From Xylographa opegraphella (taxonomy: Eukaryota), in contig JALDZX010000027.1 in NCBI GenBank assembly GCA_022813865.1, positions 1-64,000 of the forward strand: a stretch of DNA of 64,000 bases, in the 5' to 3' direction. The notes under the pieces were generated by a model, which was given only the letters and a program-made list of their open reading frames with translations, had not been told where the DNA came from and made no database searches. A program made the translations under genes and the position numbers. Positions 14,123 to 27,117 of this stretch are shown here, piece after piece (position 1 is the stretch's first letter; each line of letters starts with the position of its first letter).

Positions 14123-15286
14123 GGCGAGCCTCGATTGAGCAAGGGAGACTCGTGAATCCTATACAGCTTCCGAAGCTACGCGAGTCGATACAATAAGCTT
14201 AACAGCTGGTGTAGAAGTCAGTACGCAGGTATGCTCAAGTGTAATGCATAGAAGAAGGCGTAGTCAGGTAGCTAATCTTGTCAATTTTCGGATTCGCGTA
14301 TCATGGTGGCTGGGATCCCGGAAGGCTGGGCGCGAAGATTCCATCCCAAACCCAACAGTGAGTGAAGGAAGACAGCAAGCTTTCGGGAACACTGTAGGTT
14401 CTGTCAGGTTTTATTCACAACCACATCTCACCCCGTCAGGTTTGTGGGCAATAGATATTATGATCAACTCCAATATACGCAGCAGGGTTTCAGGGGAGCT
14501 GTGGTAGGCCTAGCGCGACCAGCCTGGGGCGGGAAGGGCGTCCATGCACGGACCAGTATGTATCCAAGGCGCACTAGCTGGTCTCGGCCAGATGTACCTT
14601 ACTGTGTAGACTACTCAAGAGACTCTTCTGTAAGATACCTACATTCAGGACACGGGCCTTGTCATGCTTTGGTCCATAGTTGATTGATGCGGAAAACAAA
14701 GGTACACAGAGAGTGCTGCGTGTTAACCCACTTCGTTGGATGTGAGGAAGGACAAGCAATGAAGGAGGCAGAGGACGAGCTTCACATTGGAATACCTCTA
14801 GACTCCAATTCCCTTTTACTCATTCGGCGCTGGACACAATCAAGTCCCAGGAGAGTCAATCTCTATCGTTCATTCAGGTGCGAGACTGTATCCAATAATG
14901 TGCATTATGTTCCGGTGTGTCAGCATAGATGCAGCGCCCCTGCGATCCAAATTTCCTAGCGCGTTAGGGCTAAATTATCAATGTACACAACGCCAAGCCA
15001 TTTTCGCCTGATCACTTGCGATAGTACGCCGTACTGCGCAACATTGCTTCCGATCAACACGTTTGTTCGCTCTGCTCTTCTTCCCTCTTTTTATCGACTC
15101 ACTACGCACTGCCTGTCGCCATCTCATTCCGTGAATTGAGGTCATAAGACGCCTTCGGGGTTCCGTCAAACCGTCTGGCCGCGCAGCATTTCTGCAATCA
15201 AGACAATAATATATCTTCTTACAATCATCAACTTGTACAGTGTCGACTTTGTCTGTCTCACTTCTGATCGTGTATCATCTTCCCAA

Positions 15287-16217
15287 ATGTCTACCAAGTT
15301 CACGCCCGAATTTGCACGCATGGCTGATTACATCTTTGATCCTCCATCTCAAACCAGAGATACGGCAATTGTGCTCGTCCATGGTGGCTGGGTGGGTCCA
15401 GATGTCTTTTCTTTGGTCAAGGCTCGTCTTGAGAGGGCGGGCTATACTGTACTCACTCCCTCACTGCCGTCTTCCGGTCACCAGCCCGCCTTGACAAGCT
15501 TTGATGATGATGTTGCCGCCGTGCGTTGCGCGATCAAGAGTCTCATCGACACAGGCAAGCAGATTGTACTCGTTATGCACTCGTACGGTGCTGTTCCTGG
15601 ATGCGAAGCACTCAAAGGTCTAAGCGCGGGTGGGAAAACCAAAAAACTGGACGATAAAGATGGCAAAGGTTCCGTTATCAAGCTTGTCTTCATCGCAGCA
15701 ATGACGATCGCAATGGGTGCGAGTACATATCACCCGAAGAACGCTGGCTTGCCTGTGCCTGGTTTCGAACACGAGGTATGTTCCTATGCTTATGAAGGCA
15801 CGCTGAATGCTGACTTGATATAGAATGATCTTGTGAAAGTTCTTGATGCTCGAACTCGCTTTTACAATGATCTCTCCGATTCCGACGCGGCTTACTGGGT
15901 CTCCTGTGTGAGAGTCCAATCAATGTTGTAAGTAGCCTTTTGATAAGAAATCTAGGGGGTTTTGAAGCTTACCATCCTATCCCAGTGTGTTCTATTCGCA
16001 CCTTACCTATCCTGCCTACAAGTATTTTCCGTCGGCCTACCTCTTCACCTTAAAAGATATGGCTATACCTCTCAAGGTCCAGCAGCGCATGGTTGCTGCA
16101 GCAAACATATCTGAGACTTCCACGATTGATGCCGGACACTGTCCGCATATTTCTCAGCCTGTTGCTGTAGAGAGATATATTAGAAAGTGTGCAGGCGAAG
16201 CAACTTCTCTATTGTGA
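15287..16217 (+). CDS. Alpha/beta-hydrolase fold protein (AB hydrolase-6 / methylesterase-like), 3 exons
   Basis: IVLVHGGW, nucleophile elbow MHSYG, acid in DMAIP and His in AGHCPH. Introns 15776-15823 and about 15927-15985 with GT/CTRAC-like/AG signals. Confidence 0.88.
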
Positions 16218-19152
16218 GGAGGAAAGATTCTGGCATACATGAGAAAGCTCTCAGCTTTCTCATGTAGTTACACTGGTGTGTCTGGATTGGCTTCTGTTGT
16301 ACTAGTGGTGCGTATGTGGGTGGTGTTCTCTGTTGAACGCCTGGTGCTCAATTACGAGAGCTTTCTCACAATTTCATGGCAGCTGGAGACTTGCTTAGAA
16401 GTGTCAGGTTTGTGCAATCAACCTGGTGACTCGATGACATGTCAATTTGCACAATCTCTACTCCGATGGTCTTTACTTTTTGTAAAATAGCAAAAAAGGA
16501 AACATCACAACACGGTCAAGATATACCGCATGTAGCAAGTGACTAGCGACGTCCCCAACCAGAAGTATCTCGGTGACTCTCTTTCGATCTTGCCATTTTT
16601 GATCGACCAAATTCAAGTAAGACTTATCAAAATGATCAGTTCCAAATGTGCGTCGATTCCTAACAAGAGCTGCCCACCTGCATACAGTGGCTAGCGTGCC
16701 ATTGGCGTATCATGCATGAGAGGAGTGTGCCCGTTCACTAAAAGTTTTGAAGATCTCGATTGTTGTGCCACAGCCATGCTTCTACGCGACGACCTTCCGT
16801 GTGTGCAATTCTCCTCTTCCGTCTTGCCTCGCTGTGGCCGATCGGTCAATACTGAAGCTCCACGCTCACGGACGGTTGTCTCGTCAGGCTGGGCTGTCTC
16901 GGAAGTATGCAAGGGGCGATTGATGCAAGATGGCGGTGAATACGGACTGCAGGGCCACATGTGTGATGTGTGCATCCGGTCTGGGAGCCGTTCTTGGGAA
17001 AACGTCGGAAAAAGAGCGGATACCTGTTTTCGAAGCAGTATCCCGGTTCTATAGAGACATCAGTGCACATGATCTTCGATCGTCCTTTGTTTGTCATCCA
17101 GTCGATGCTGTAGGCCGACGATTGTCAAGGACGATCTCCAGGTCACACCCCTACCGCTTGGTAACCTTGGACGAATGAGTTTTTGGTGTAAGACCCAACG
17201 GCCTTGGCCGGCTTGCACAGCAGAGAATATAAAGCAGGTCACTCGAAGGCGGTTCCGGTGGTGTGTCTTGTCCTCATAAGATGCTTACGTCCACGTGAGA
17301 CGAATGTACAAGGCGAAGCACCCGTCGCACGGCAGATTCATGTACCTACTCATGTAGAACAACCACGGCAGAGGCGTTGGCATGGCTGACTGCCGAAATG
17401 TCACTCGGTGGATAGGATCGTGGACGGAGTGCTGCGTGAACACTTGAACACTTGAACGACACTTTGAGCGCGAGTTTCGAACCTGTCACAATCGAGATCA
17501 ATAGGTGCTAGATGTCGCGCAGTAAGAGTACTTGGTAGGTGAAGTGCCAGGAATGTCGGTCTCAGTTGAAAACGAGTGACTTGCAGCTGCACTGCATGAA
17601 GCGAAGTCTGTTCTAAGCCAAGGGTTCATCCTGGGAGTGGAAATTTTCAACTTCACTCCGCTGGGCTCCCTCAAGCCAACCATCACTACGACCGTTCCCT
17701 TTCATGGCGATCATAAATCAAGATCAGAAGTGCCGGGCGCAACCAGTTGCATTGACATGGACTCGGCGCCCCGAACCGCTGCGGGTTTCAAGAGGCACCT
17801 CCGGACTCATAGCATGTTCGCAAAGTTCTTCCCCAGACTCGAGGGAGAATATGCATAATCAACTTTACAAGCATTATTTGGAACACCAGGATTGATCCGT
17901 CTCAGGCCCTGTGAATGTAGCTGCAGACATGAGATGAATGCCGTCGATCTGGGTATCAAGGATCGTGTGACCTGCATGGACCATGGCTTCACAGCAGGGC
18001 AACCATCCTACTATCGTCCAACGTGGCATGTCTCTAATTCTTTCTCTCCATCCATTTTCGAAACTTTCGTTGTCTTATGATCTCCTACAATTTCTCGTAT
18101 ACTGCCTGACTGTACCGAACCAATGGCCCTGGACCAACCGCCAGTGACACCACCACGATTTGACGCACGGGTCCGTGTTGGAGGAGCACAGAAAGAATCT
18201 TGAATGCTTCCTGAGCAATAGCCTCGCGTTCAAACGTATCGCCGACCTTGTCGGGGTCTCGAGGTGACAGCACCCATCAACCAATCGTGTCCGCAGAAAG
18301 GCAGTGTCGATCTCAGGTGCCATCATGCTCGATGAACCCACCACTCTTTTGGTACCTAAGACGGCTGACGTCTGCCACCCCTCCAGTGGGTCGTGCTTGG
18401 GTCAACTCTAATAGGACACGGAGTGCGGCGTGGCGCCAATCGATGAGTGCGCTCTGCTCTGGATTGGGACATGTTGGCATGGTTAGCATGCCTTCAATAC
18501 CTGCCGTGTGGCTGATTTCTAGTGCTACACCTGTGTGTCAAACGTTCGCATAGAGGTAGCCTGTGATTCTTCCCAGAAGCCGTGGGTGCGTTCGTAGCAG
18601 ATTAACTTTCACGTTGACGGGGTTCCTGAATATCCCTATGTCGTTTTTGTACCCGAAGAAGTTATAGCATGTGTTTGAGATTCGACCACAATCACAAGCA
18701 ATACTGACGGTGTTGCCAGCATGGATTGTTGCATTTTCTCCGCTCATATCGTCTTTCGGATACTTCCACTTCTCGTCTACTACCTGGTTACTACTGGTTA
18801 TTTAGGTCCGGAATTACTCTTCTCTCACCAGAATTTGGCTGTATCTACAGCAATTCGGTAGAGAGCTGGTCGATCAGCCGCAGGATTCTTTCGTGGTAGC
18901 CTCAACCAAAATCGACATCACGTCGAAGACACCGATCATGTGCATCTTCTCGCTAATTCCGAGAACCCGCTCTTTTTATATCCTTGCTTGTACCCCCAGG
19001 CTTCTTTGACTGGTATTCGTTAAATAAGAACCATTCTTGTATTAGCTGACGAGATTGAAAGTGGCACTACTTCTAACAAAACCGTACTGACTGCTCTTGC
19101 TTCATTACTACCTCAAAGGTATCAGTCAGATATTCTTATCAAAATCTTCACC

Positions 19153-20681
19153 ATGAATATCAGCCGGCTGTTGAATCCTGACACAGATACTTGTCCTCCG
19201 GTTCACCATGAAGCAGAAGATCCGGATATCATCAGTGGAGCGACTAAGAGTCCTCGAGTTGTCAGGCCTCGATCCAAGTTCATCGACTTAGTCACAGGAA
19301 GTCATGTTGACGCAAACAGCATGAATTCTCAGGGCCACCATATGACGGCGCTAGATGAGGCGCATTCAGGCGTGAATGATCGTGATAACTCGTCAGGTAG
19401 GGATACATCAAGTTATCTACCTCACGAGAATCTCAACTTCCCCCGAACCACCCCTTCCCCCTCTGAAGTAAGTCGAAGCTCCACCACATCGACATCTTCT
19501 GTAGGTAGGGGTGATCTTCTTTGTCGGCTTCCTATCGGGAGCATATCCTTAAACAGTCGAGACTCCAGCTGTGCCAGTGACGGCATGGCTCCTACTAGAC
19601 CAAGTGAGTCCATGTCCCACGATTCTGCAATACTGCTTCAAGTGAAATGTTGAAGTACTGAAGCGCACCAGAACGACAGAAGCTTCCAGATTCAAAGAAA
19701 CGTACGGCCCGCGACAGCAGCTCGCATCACCATGATCACAGGAAACTGACGCGTTATACTGCTGGTACGGATTCTTCCAACGAGGAACAGTCGGACGACG
19801 ACTATGCCTCTGAGGACAGTGAAAAGGTGAGACCCGGGACTAAGCCCAACTACAAGAGCTGGAATGATGTTCCAGTGGAGTTCCGTTGTACGTTTGTCGA
19901 AGGTTGCGTTCTTGACTCGCCTGATCGCAAAGTGATTTCGCACTTTTTCGGTCGCAACAAGAAGTGTACTCGTGCTATTCCGGAGGACGTCTGGGCCCCT
20001 TTCTGCCGTCGTCATTATCAGAGAACGCGTTATCGTAATGTCGACAATTTTGGAGGCGTCCAGCTCGATTTGGTGCGGAGAACAGTGGAAAACCTTCAGA
20101 ACTGGGGAGGCGTCTCGCACTTTGAGCTCATTCTGCGAAAGCGAGCAATGCAGGCTATCAAGCGGGATGAGAGACATACCCGCGAGGAGAAGAGTTCGCA
20201 CCCCAGCACGATGCGAGTCCGACCAAACCAGGAAAAAAGCCCAGGTGCAGAGACTTGGCTACTGCCCTACCTTGGAAAAAGGAAGTCCTTTGAAGAAATT
20301 CTTCAATTTGTTGACTTAATCGAAGAGCGTGTGACTGAAAACAACAGCAAACTTCCCGAGTTCGAAATTCTGCCCTGCTACAAACCTGGACGAATGAACA
20401 TACCCACCAGCAAGAAAACGCTCAAAGGGACTGCGAAACCAGCAGGGATTAGGAAGCGTCAGATTGGACGGACGGCTTCCGCGTCTCGATCTGCTGCTCA
20501 GTCCAAGAGTGTCGCTACAACACCAGCCACTACACCGATGACTACTCCCAGCCTCACACCGAAGACTTTGGAGACACGTTCGGGGCGTGGCGATGTTGTA
20601 CGAGCGCGACCACCACGTACACCAGTCATCTTTCTTCCACATAGCTCACGGCGTCCAACAAGGCGACACAGTACCCCGTGA
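19153..20681 (+). CDS. Conserved Pezizomycotina protein often annotated 'ORP1-like'; 2 exons (19153-19603, 19672-20681)
   Basis: Starts MNISRLLNP. Intron GTGAGT(19604)...CAG(19671) joins the two ORFs in frame. Conserved block RKVISHFFGRNKKCTRAIPEDVW..FCRRHYQR..YRN...LPEFEILP. Confidence 0.8.
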
Positions 20682-21563
20682 GGCTGCCAAGGCGCTCACC
20701 CAATCGCTTTGACCTCTATCGATTCTCAATATCCTTGGTGCATACCTCTCACTCTCTATCATGTCTTCAACAGTGTGATTCTTCTTACTTCTACCTTCCG
20801 GATGGTTACATGGCTTTGGATATGTGATATTAGGTAATGGCGTTTGGTGGGTTAAAATCTTGGCAGATCTTTGGGCACGCTATTTTGGCCATCGGTAATT
20901 TTGGATACTGGGATACACAAAACTTCGGGAACTGTGGGGTCTTAGTTGGGAAGGCATGCCGGAGGCTGCCCGATCGTCTGTCAAACGTATTGGGCTTGGG
21001 GGGGGTTCTGGTTATCTGCTTGTTCTCATCCACTCTGCCATTTGGTTGCTACAATTCTGGACGATCTTTTCTGCTCCACTTTCATAGGAAAGTGTAGCAA
21101 CTCCACTGGGCTGGAGCTTGCATCTTTACTTGCGATTAATGTATCTTTGACGGCCTGCCTTTGGTGTTTGTCACAAACTCGGAACTGGTGGGAAGGGGGA
21201 TCATTATTGGCGGTGATGGACTATGTCTCCACTAGAGAACCTTGGAGTTGGTTGTGATTTACGAAGTCAATGAATAATGGGTCATGCGATGTGTTTTTCT
21301 GCAATTTGCGGTTTTTACGGGCAGTCATGATAGTTAATATAAATCATGACTATAGGTCATCTGCAGTCCTGAAGTGAGAATGATAGCGCTGTGCGTAATG
21401 ATGAGGCGGTGAAGATGATTCATTCAAAAGATCTGCCATCTGCTCTGATTACATACCTCGTCACTACTGGTATCGCTCTTTTCACTTCTATGTTACAAGA
21501 CTCTGGTCGTGCTTCTACCCGAAGGAAGGGTATGAAAGCAGTACGAGAGATGCGAGCCCACGA

Positions 21564-22733
21564 TTACCACAAACAATATTGTCTCTGTGCCGTAACCGGT
21601 CGGTCGGGCAGTGGCACCCATGCCTTCTTCAGCTTCCTCTTCTCCTCTCTTTCCTCAGATAGCCGAATCCTCGTAGCTTCTTCCTTTAGCAATACGGTGA
21701 TGCCTATAGTAACACCAAGTCAGCAGAGATTACTTCAACACGTTAGCCACGTGAGAACCACCAGTGCCGTATCAGAAGCAATGAAGTGAAAGACTCACTG
21801 GTCGTCGGTGGTCTCAGCGTATACACCTGGCCCCTGGCCCTGTAGTCGGGCTCCCTTCCATAACTGCCCCGTCCCACCCACGCCTGATCGACATAAATTC
21901 CGGTTCGGTCTTCGACCACCCTTTTCTTTCCATTCTTCAGTATAACGACCCCCCCTTGCTTCTCCTTCTCCTGCTCCGCTCCTTCCCGTACCACATTTCC
22001 AAGCCCCATTCCCTTTCTCACCACCGCCTCATCTCTCGCATACCGCAAATGCTTCATCACCTCCCCCGCCACCCTTTTCTTGCTGAACCGCATCTGTACT
22101 ATTGCATCCTCGATCGGCTTTCCAGCAATCTGCCTGGCCAGCGGGCCCAGCTTCTTAATCGACGTCTCCAGAAAATGGCTTTTGGTGACTGACGAGCGTT
22201 CCGTCCGCAACAGTCGTACAGACTTGCGTGTCCGGAATCGCCGGTGTAGTGAACGGATCAGGATCTTACGTTCCCACCGCTGGCGAGCGTGTGGGTGCGG
22301 GTCTAACGCCGGGGCGGTAAGAGTAGGGTCGTGGCGACGAGGGCGTGTAGGTCTGGTAACCTGTCTTTGAGAAGATGAATGGGAAGGCGATTTCGGGGCA
22401 CCTTCCGGGGCTCCTTCCACTTTTTCAAAAATGGAGGAAGAAGCTAGGTCGCCGGCGGTTTGCGAGACTGGAAGAACCGGTTTTTGCGTTGATTTCGCGC
22501 GAGGATCAAGCGGATTAGGCTTGGGTCCGGTGGAGGAACGAAGCCAGGAAAAGATGGTACGAGAGTGGCGAAGGCAAATGAACTGCTTGGTCGGGCAGGT
22601 GGTGGTGAATGCGAGTGCTGAATGGGAAATTAGCGGCTTGAGTAGGTTTCACAAAGGAACTTCAAGCAGAGCAGACATCGAGCATCAACATACCTGAGCT
22701 GACAGCCCGCTTTGAGGGGGTACAGAGGGCCAT
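21564..22733 (-). CDS. MRPL22: Mitochondrial ribosomal protein uL22 (MRPL22), 3 exons
   Basis: TSIKKLGPLARQIAGKPIEDAIVQMRFSKKRVA and YVDQAWVGRG..DYRARG. Introns 22618-22693 and 21704-21798. Last exon GITVLLKEEATRIR..WVPLPDRPVTAQRQYCLW*. Confidence 0.92.
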
Positions 22734-23136
22734 CGTATACATGAAGCGCAGAGATGCCTTTCTAAATGGTGAAGCCATCCAAGTCGCCCAGATCGTCCAG
22801 AATCCAAGCCTCAAGAGTGCTTTTGCACTGTTTGCTCGTGGCACTTTTGCTTGGCATCTCTAGTCCGAAATGGCTGCTAATCCTATTGGCTGGACAGATC
22901 GTGAGCACAAGGGCACCGAGTGAAATATGGCTTCATGACCGTAACTTGCTTCCGTAAAGATACTAAAGTAAATCCAGAGAGTAGAGATGGCGGAACCATG
23001 TTCAGAGCACGAACTAGTTTCCTGAGAGGCTTCAGAAACCGGTTGGATCGGAGCCAATGCTGGACACGAGTGGCAGCGACTGAAGAGGATTCAGCAACGG
23101 AATGTCAGAATATTCCGCAAGAGACCCCTACAGGAG

Positions 23137-24481
23137 ATGTCCGGAGCATTTGGGTACGCCTTCAGCGAGCCTAATGTCTCCAATTTGCTAAGAGAGTCTT
23201 CAGTGACTTGGGGACTTTGATGCCGCTCTTTTTGGGCCTTGCCCAAAATGGTTCGATATCAGTCTCGAGTACCTTGGTCTTTATGGGCTTAAGTAACATG
23301 ATCACTGGTGCCTACTTTGGAATTCCACTCCCTGTTCAGCCAATGAAAGCCATTGCCGCGGTTGCCATTGCAGGCAAATACACGCCACCCCAGCTGGCCT
23401 CAGCGGGATTGTTTGTAGCAGCTACCGTTGGTTTCTTGTCAGTAACCGGCCTCGTAAGATGGTTCACAAAACGAATACCGCTTCCTATCGTCAAAGGCAT
23501 TCAAGGTAGGTCTTGGTACCTCGTCATCCGGCATATACTGCTAACTTGTGTAGTCGGCACTGGACTTTCCTTAATTATCTCTGCCGGAGGCTATATACCG
23601 CTGAATCTTTCAAGTCACACCAATTCTTACTTAGCACTTTTTGCCATACTACTTTTCCTCTTATTTTGCTCAATATTCCGAAAGGTCCCTTTCGGACTAT
23701 GTATTGTACTTCTCTGCGTTCCGAGCGTCTTTCTTGGCTACTATACCTACCACCCCCATTGCTCAATTTGGAAACCTTCCATAGTGCTGCCGTCGTCTGC
23801 CGACTTCTGCTTTGGCGCAGTGAATGCAGGACTTGGACAGGTGCCGTTGACTACGCTGCTTCCATCATAGCTGTTACGTATCTTGCGACAGATCTCATAC
23901 CGGAATTGCCAGAGACTTCTGCAACAGCTATCGGCTGTAGTGTGTCTCTTATGAATCTTATCGGTTGTTGGTTCTCCGCCATGCCCATTTGCCACGGCAG
24001 TGGAGGACTTGCAGCGCAGTACCGCTTTGGCGCGAGATCTGGAGCAAGCATAATGCTCCTTGGGCTTATCAAACTCTTGCTAGGTTTGTTTGCTTCCGAG
24101 TACGTACTATTTTACAGTCGCATTTTCTGGCCGGTTCCGCTGGGCGTGTTACTCTTTCTCGCTGGAGTAGGGCTGGCGAAAATGGGAGAAAGCCTCAATA
24201 CAGGAGGGGCACGGGACTTATGGGAGAGTACCGATGAAACTGATGCCGAAGCAGAAAGGAAACCTAGATCGATAACCGCGGAAGAAAGGATGATGCGCTG
24301 GACTGTCATGATAGCAACCATGGGTGCCATTCTAGCATTCAAAAACAATGGAGTCGGCTTCATCGTAGGATTACTGATTCATATCACGTATAATCTACTT
24401 GATCGAGTTCGAGACTGGGGAGCCGGAAGGCATGGCACCATTAGACTCAATAGCGAAAGATCAGAAGGGTCGTCTGGATAG
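23137..24481 (+). pseudogene. Molybdate transporter family (MOT1/SulP-related MFS_MOT1) gene with an apparent 1-nt frameshift; pseudogene or assembly error; start uncertain
   Basis: SGAFG|DLGTLMP, PLPVQPMKAIAAVA, GQVPLTTL, then a frame change to SIIAV, MPICHGSGGLAAQYRFGARSG. Introns 23154-23203 and 23506-23553. Only 2 nt (23859-23860) lie between the CTG and TCC codons. Confidence 0.8.
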
Positions 24482-24772
24482 ACATATATGATGCTATCAT
24501 GGCATGGTTCATGAAGCAAATGATATAGGAGCGCTTATCGTCGGCGAAATGCACATCAGCGGAACTAAAGATACGCGATGTGTATAGAAGGCCGTGACTC
24601 TCACACCTATCTTCCTCCAAGAGTCAAACCCTCGCCATGTTAGCTCGGACCACAAATACGAATCTGACCCTAGAGCGTCTCCCTCCCACTTCATCACTGC
24701 TCACCAGTCGACAGATCTCGCCCAAACCTAGCCGGCATCAAGATCCTCCAAAACGCTTCCTCCTACGCCTCC

Positions 24773-25175
24773 TCACTCAGCACAGGTCCAGGTCAATCTC
24801 TGGCCACTCAGCGTGCTCACACTCTTTTTCAGCGCTCGAGATAAAATAAACGCAGTGGCATCATCCTGACTTCCATCCATTTCCCATACGGACCTGTTTC
24901 CGAGGAAGACGGGATGGCTCCTCCATCGCGTGGCTCCAGATACACTTGATATCGGTTTCTTCGAGGAGATAGAGGTCGCTGGGGAGATTCTGCGTGAGGC
25001 GGGAGTCGGTTTGGCTGACTGTGAGGACGTAGCGCAGTGTGTAGACAGAGATGATGAGGAGATAGGTGGTTGTGGAGGGGGAAGTTTGAGGCTTGCTTTT
25101 GGATGCTGCAGTAGGGTTTGTGGGTCGATATTCAAAGGTGTGATGATGGAGGGTGATTAAAAGGGTAGTAAGCAT
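24773..25175 (-). pseudogene. Frameshifted paralogue of the small protein at 25949-26395
   Basis: Frame 1 gives ...LTQNLP..LEETDIKCIWSHAMEE. After one extra C (24916-24917), frame 2 gives HPVFLGNRSVWEMDGSQDDATAFILSRALKK, which aligns without gaps to HKEFVSQTEDWTGDELVNCGVNFILDGGLAK (9/31 identical). Confidence 0.65.
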
Positions 25176-25948
25176 CTGGGGAACGCGGCTGCGTATACAG
25201 GTATACAATTACTCATATTCATACTGTATATCGGGAGGAATGTCTTCATCTCCGCATGCAGGTGATCATCTCTCCATAGTCTATTTAAGTCTGATTCATC
25301 CTTGCCTATGGAGTCCATGGGCGGACCTTGCTACTGTAACTCCCGTACATCTGACGTTACTTCTTGAGCGGTATACTCTAGTATTCTCAAACCAGTAGCT
25401 GGATTTTTGGTAATGGTCCTTGTTAGACTGGAGAATCACGAAAGTACTACCAGCAAAACTAGGGATATCCACCTATTGTTGCACTGGATAAAGGTCAGAC
25501 CTGGTGCATTGGAACGATTAAGGCTCAGAAGATAGGGGCTTGGCTGAGCTTTGTAGCAATGCGACGGTGAACAAAATGATGATGACTACCGCTTAGAATT
25601 ATTGGATGTACCTGGTAATGGAATAGTGATTCATTGGAAACACCGTGCTTCATCGGCCAATTCGTTGAGTCACGAGCAATGCTGAGTCTTGTTGATTGAA
25701 GAAGCGAAACAGTCTGTGTCAATGAACGGATCCAACCGCGGCAGCCGAAACCATGAGCCACACAATAGTATGAAAGAGCCGGCAGCTCTTTGTGGTTTCC
25801 TCCCAGTTGAAGCACACATCCGCATTGTTCACATTGACCCAGATCCATCAAAGACTGTGTGCATAAAAACCCGTGGTCAGTCAACCAGGACATTCCTCCA
25901 AGCATTCTCGCGAATTTCAGCTCAGACAGCAGAGACAACACAAGCATA

Positions 25949-26395
25949 ATGTCCCAAACAATAGCCAATACTCCGGACGCCATCACGATGGCGGCCATCC
26001 TCCTCCTCAAAAGTCGTCTTCGAAATGATGCAGAAGTCGCGGATGCCCTCAACAAAAACATCCCGAAGGTGGGAAGCACCATCGAGATCACGGCCAGCGA
26101 TCCGTTCGAGGCAGCAGACATCGAAAGCCTCTGGGAACACATGCTTTGTCATCACAAGGAGTTTGTGAGCCAGACGGAGGATTGGACAGGCGATGAGCTG
26201 GTGAACTGTGGGGTCAACTTCATCCTGGACGGCGGCTTGGCCAAGGCTGATATCCCGGCTGTGAGCCTCGAAGCGGCACCACATGTTATCTGCGACTACG
26301 CTGCGGGATCGTTGGGGGATGAGGACAGTGACCCAGAAGCAGATGAAACGCTGACGCGATGGATGAAGAGGGCGGACACGTACGGGTGGAAGTAG
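25949..26395 (+). CDS. Small intronless hypothetical protein (148 aa), W-x-H-x4-H family
   Basis: ATG in good context (GCATAATG), open frame with strong third-position C/G bias, protein-like composition, related to two other loci in the window. Confidence 0.75.
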   Translation: MSQTIANTPDAITMAAILLLKSRLRNDAEVADALNKNIPKVGSTIEITASDPFEAADIESLWEHMLCHHKEFVSQTEDWTGDELVNCGVNFILDGGLAKADIPAVSLEAAPHVICDYAAGSLGDEDSDPEADETLTRWMKRADTYGWK

Positions 26396-27117
26396 ATGGA
26401 GTGTACAATCACTTCGCGAACACCAAGAATGGGATAGCATCTTGAGGCGTATGATAGAGAGTGGAGAGATAGTAGTACGGGGAAAATTCCACGGCATGTA
26501 TTTCGGCGTTTGCTTATGCTGAACGTCTGCCGAGCAAATTGTAGATGGCATGGACGGCGTTCGGGAAAGATGGGACTCTGTTTCTAGACAAGCTTTCGAT
26601 AAATGGCGTGCAAAAGTCGGCCCTTCCAATTCTTTCCTCTCGCGTGAGAATGATATCGTGATGTGAGCATGTCTGCAGAATGTGAAGTCTTGCGAGTTGA
26701 ACAACAATCGAATGTAGGAATGCAAATCCCCAGGTGCAACCAGCACGAATTATGCTATATATAGAAGAACATCGACTGCGAAGGAAGAGTAAATGATAGT
26801 GTCAGCGCAGGAGGTTCAAGGTGCTTGGTCTGATGTAATACTCTACAGTTCCCCAATATGATAGCAGTCCAAGCTGTGAAGAGCTCAAAACACATTCCGA
26901 ACGGCGAAAAGTTAGCCCGATTTTGAATGCGCTTACGGTTTTCAAGCACGCTATTTTGGTCAACCCTCTACCAATACAGTGTGAAATGGAGTATCATAAT
27001 GTAAAGCAATCGGACAATGACGCAAGGTCACCAGCAGCGTAAATTATCACAATGAAGTCACAAATAACACCACAGCACATAATTGATTCGCCGGGCAAGC
27101 GGCGACCGATGGATCGT

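Noticed and set aside
15287..16217. Alpha/beta hydrolase as the PKS release enzyme
   Set aside because: It lies 7 kb away, beyond a core cytokinesis gene, and belongs to a common esterase family. Nothing in the sequence links it to the PKS.
24861..24863. TGA in G*CHCVYF as a readthrough or A-to-I-edited stop
   Set aside because: Homology to the 25949 protein follows a different frame from 24916 onward, so this stop is a by-product of the frameshift.
25922..26746. 274-aa antisense ORF, and similar long shadow ORFs such as 31194-31967 and 25525-26142
   Set aside because: They overlap better-supported genes in GC-rich, stop-poor sequence and have no recognisable motifs.
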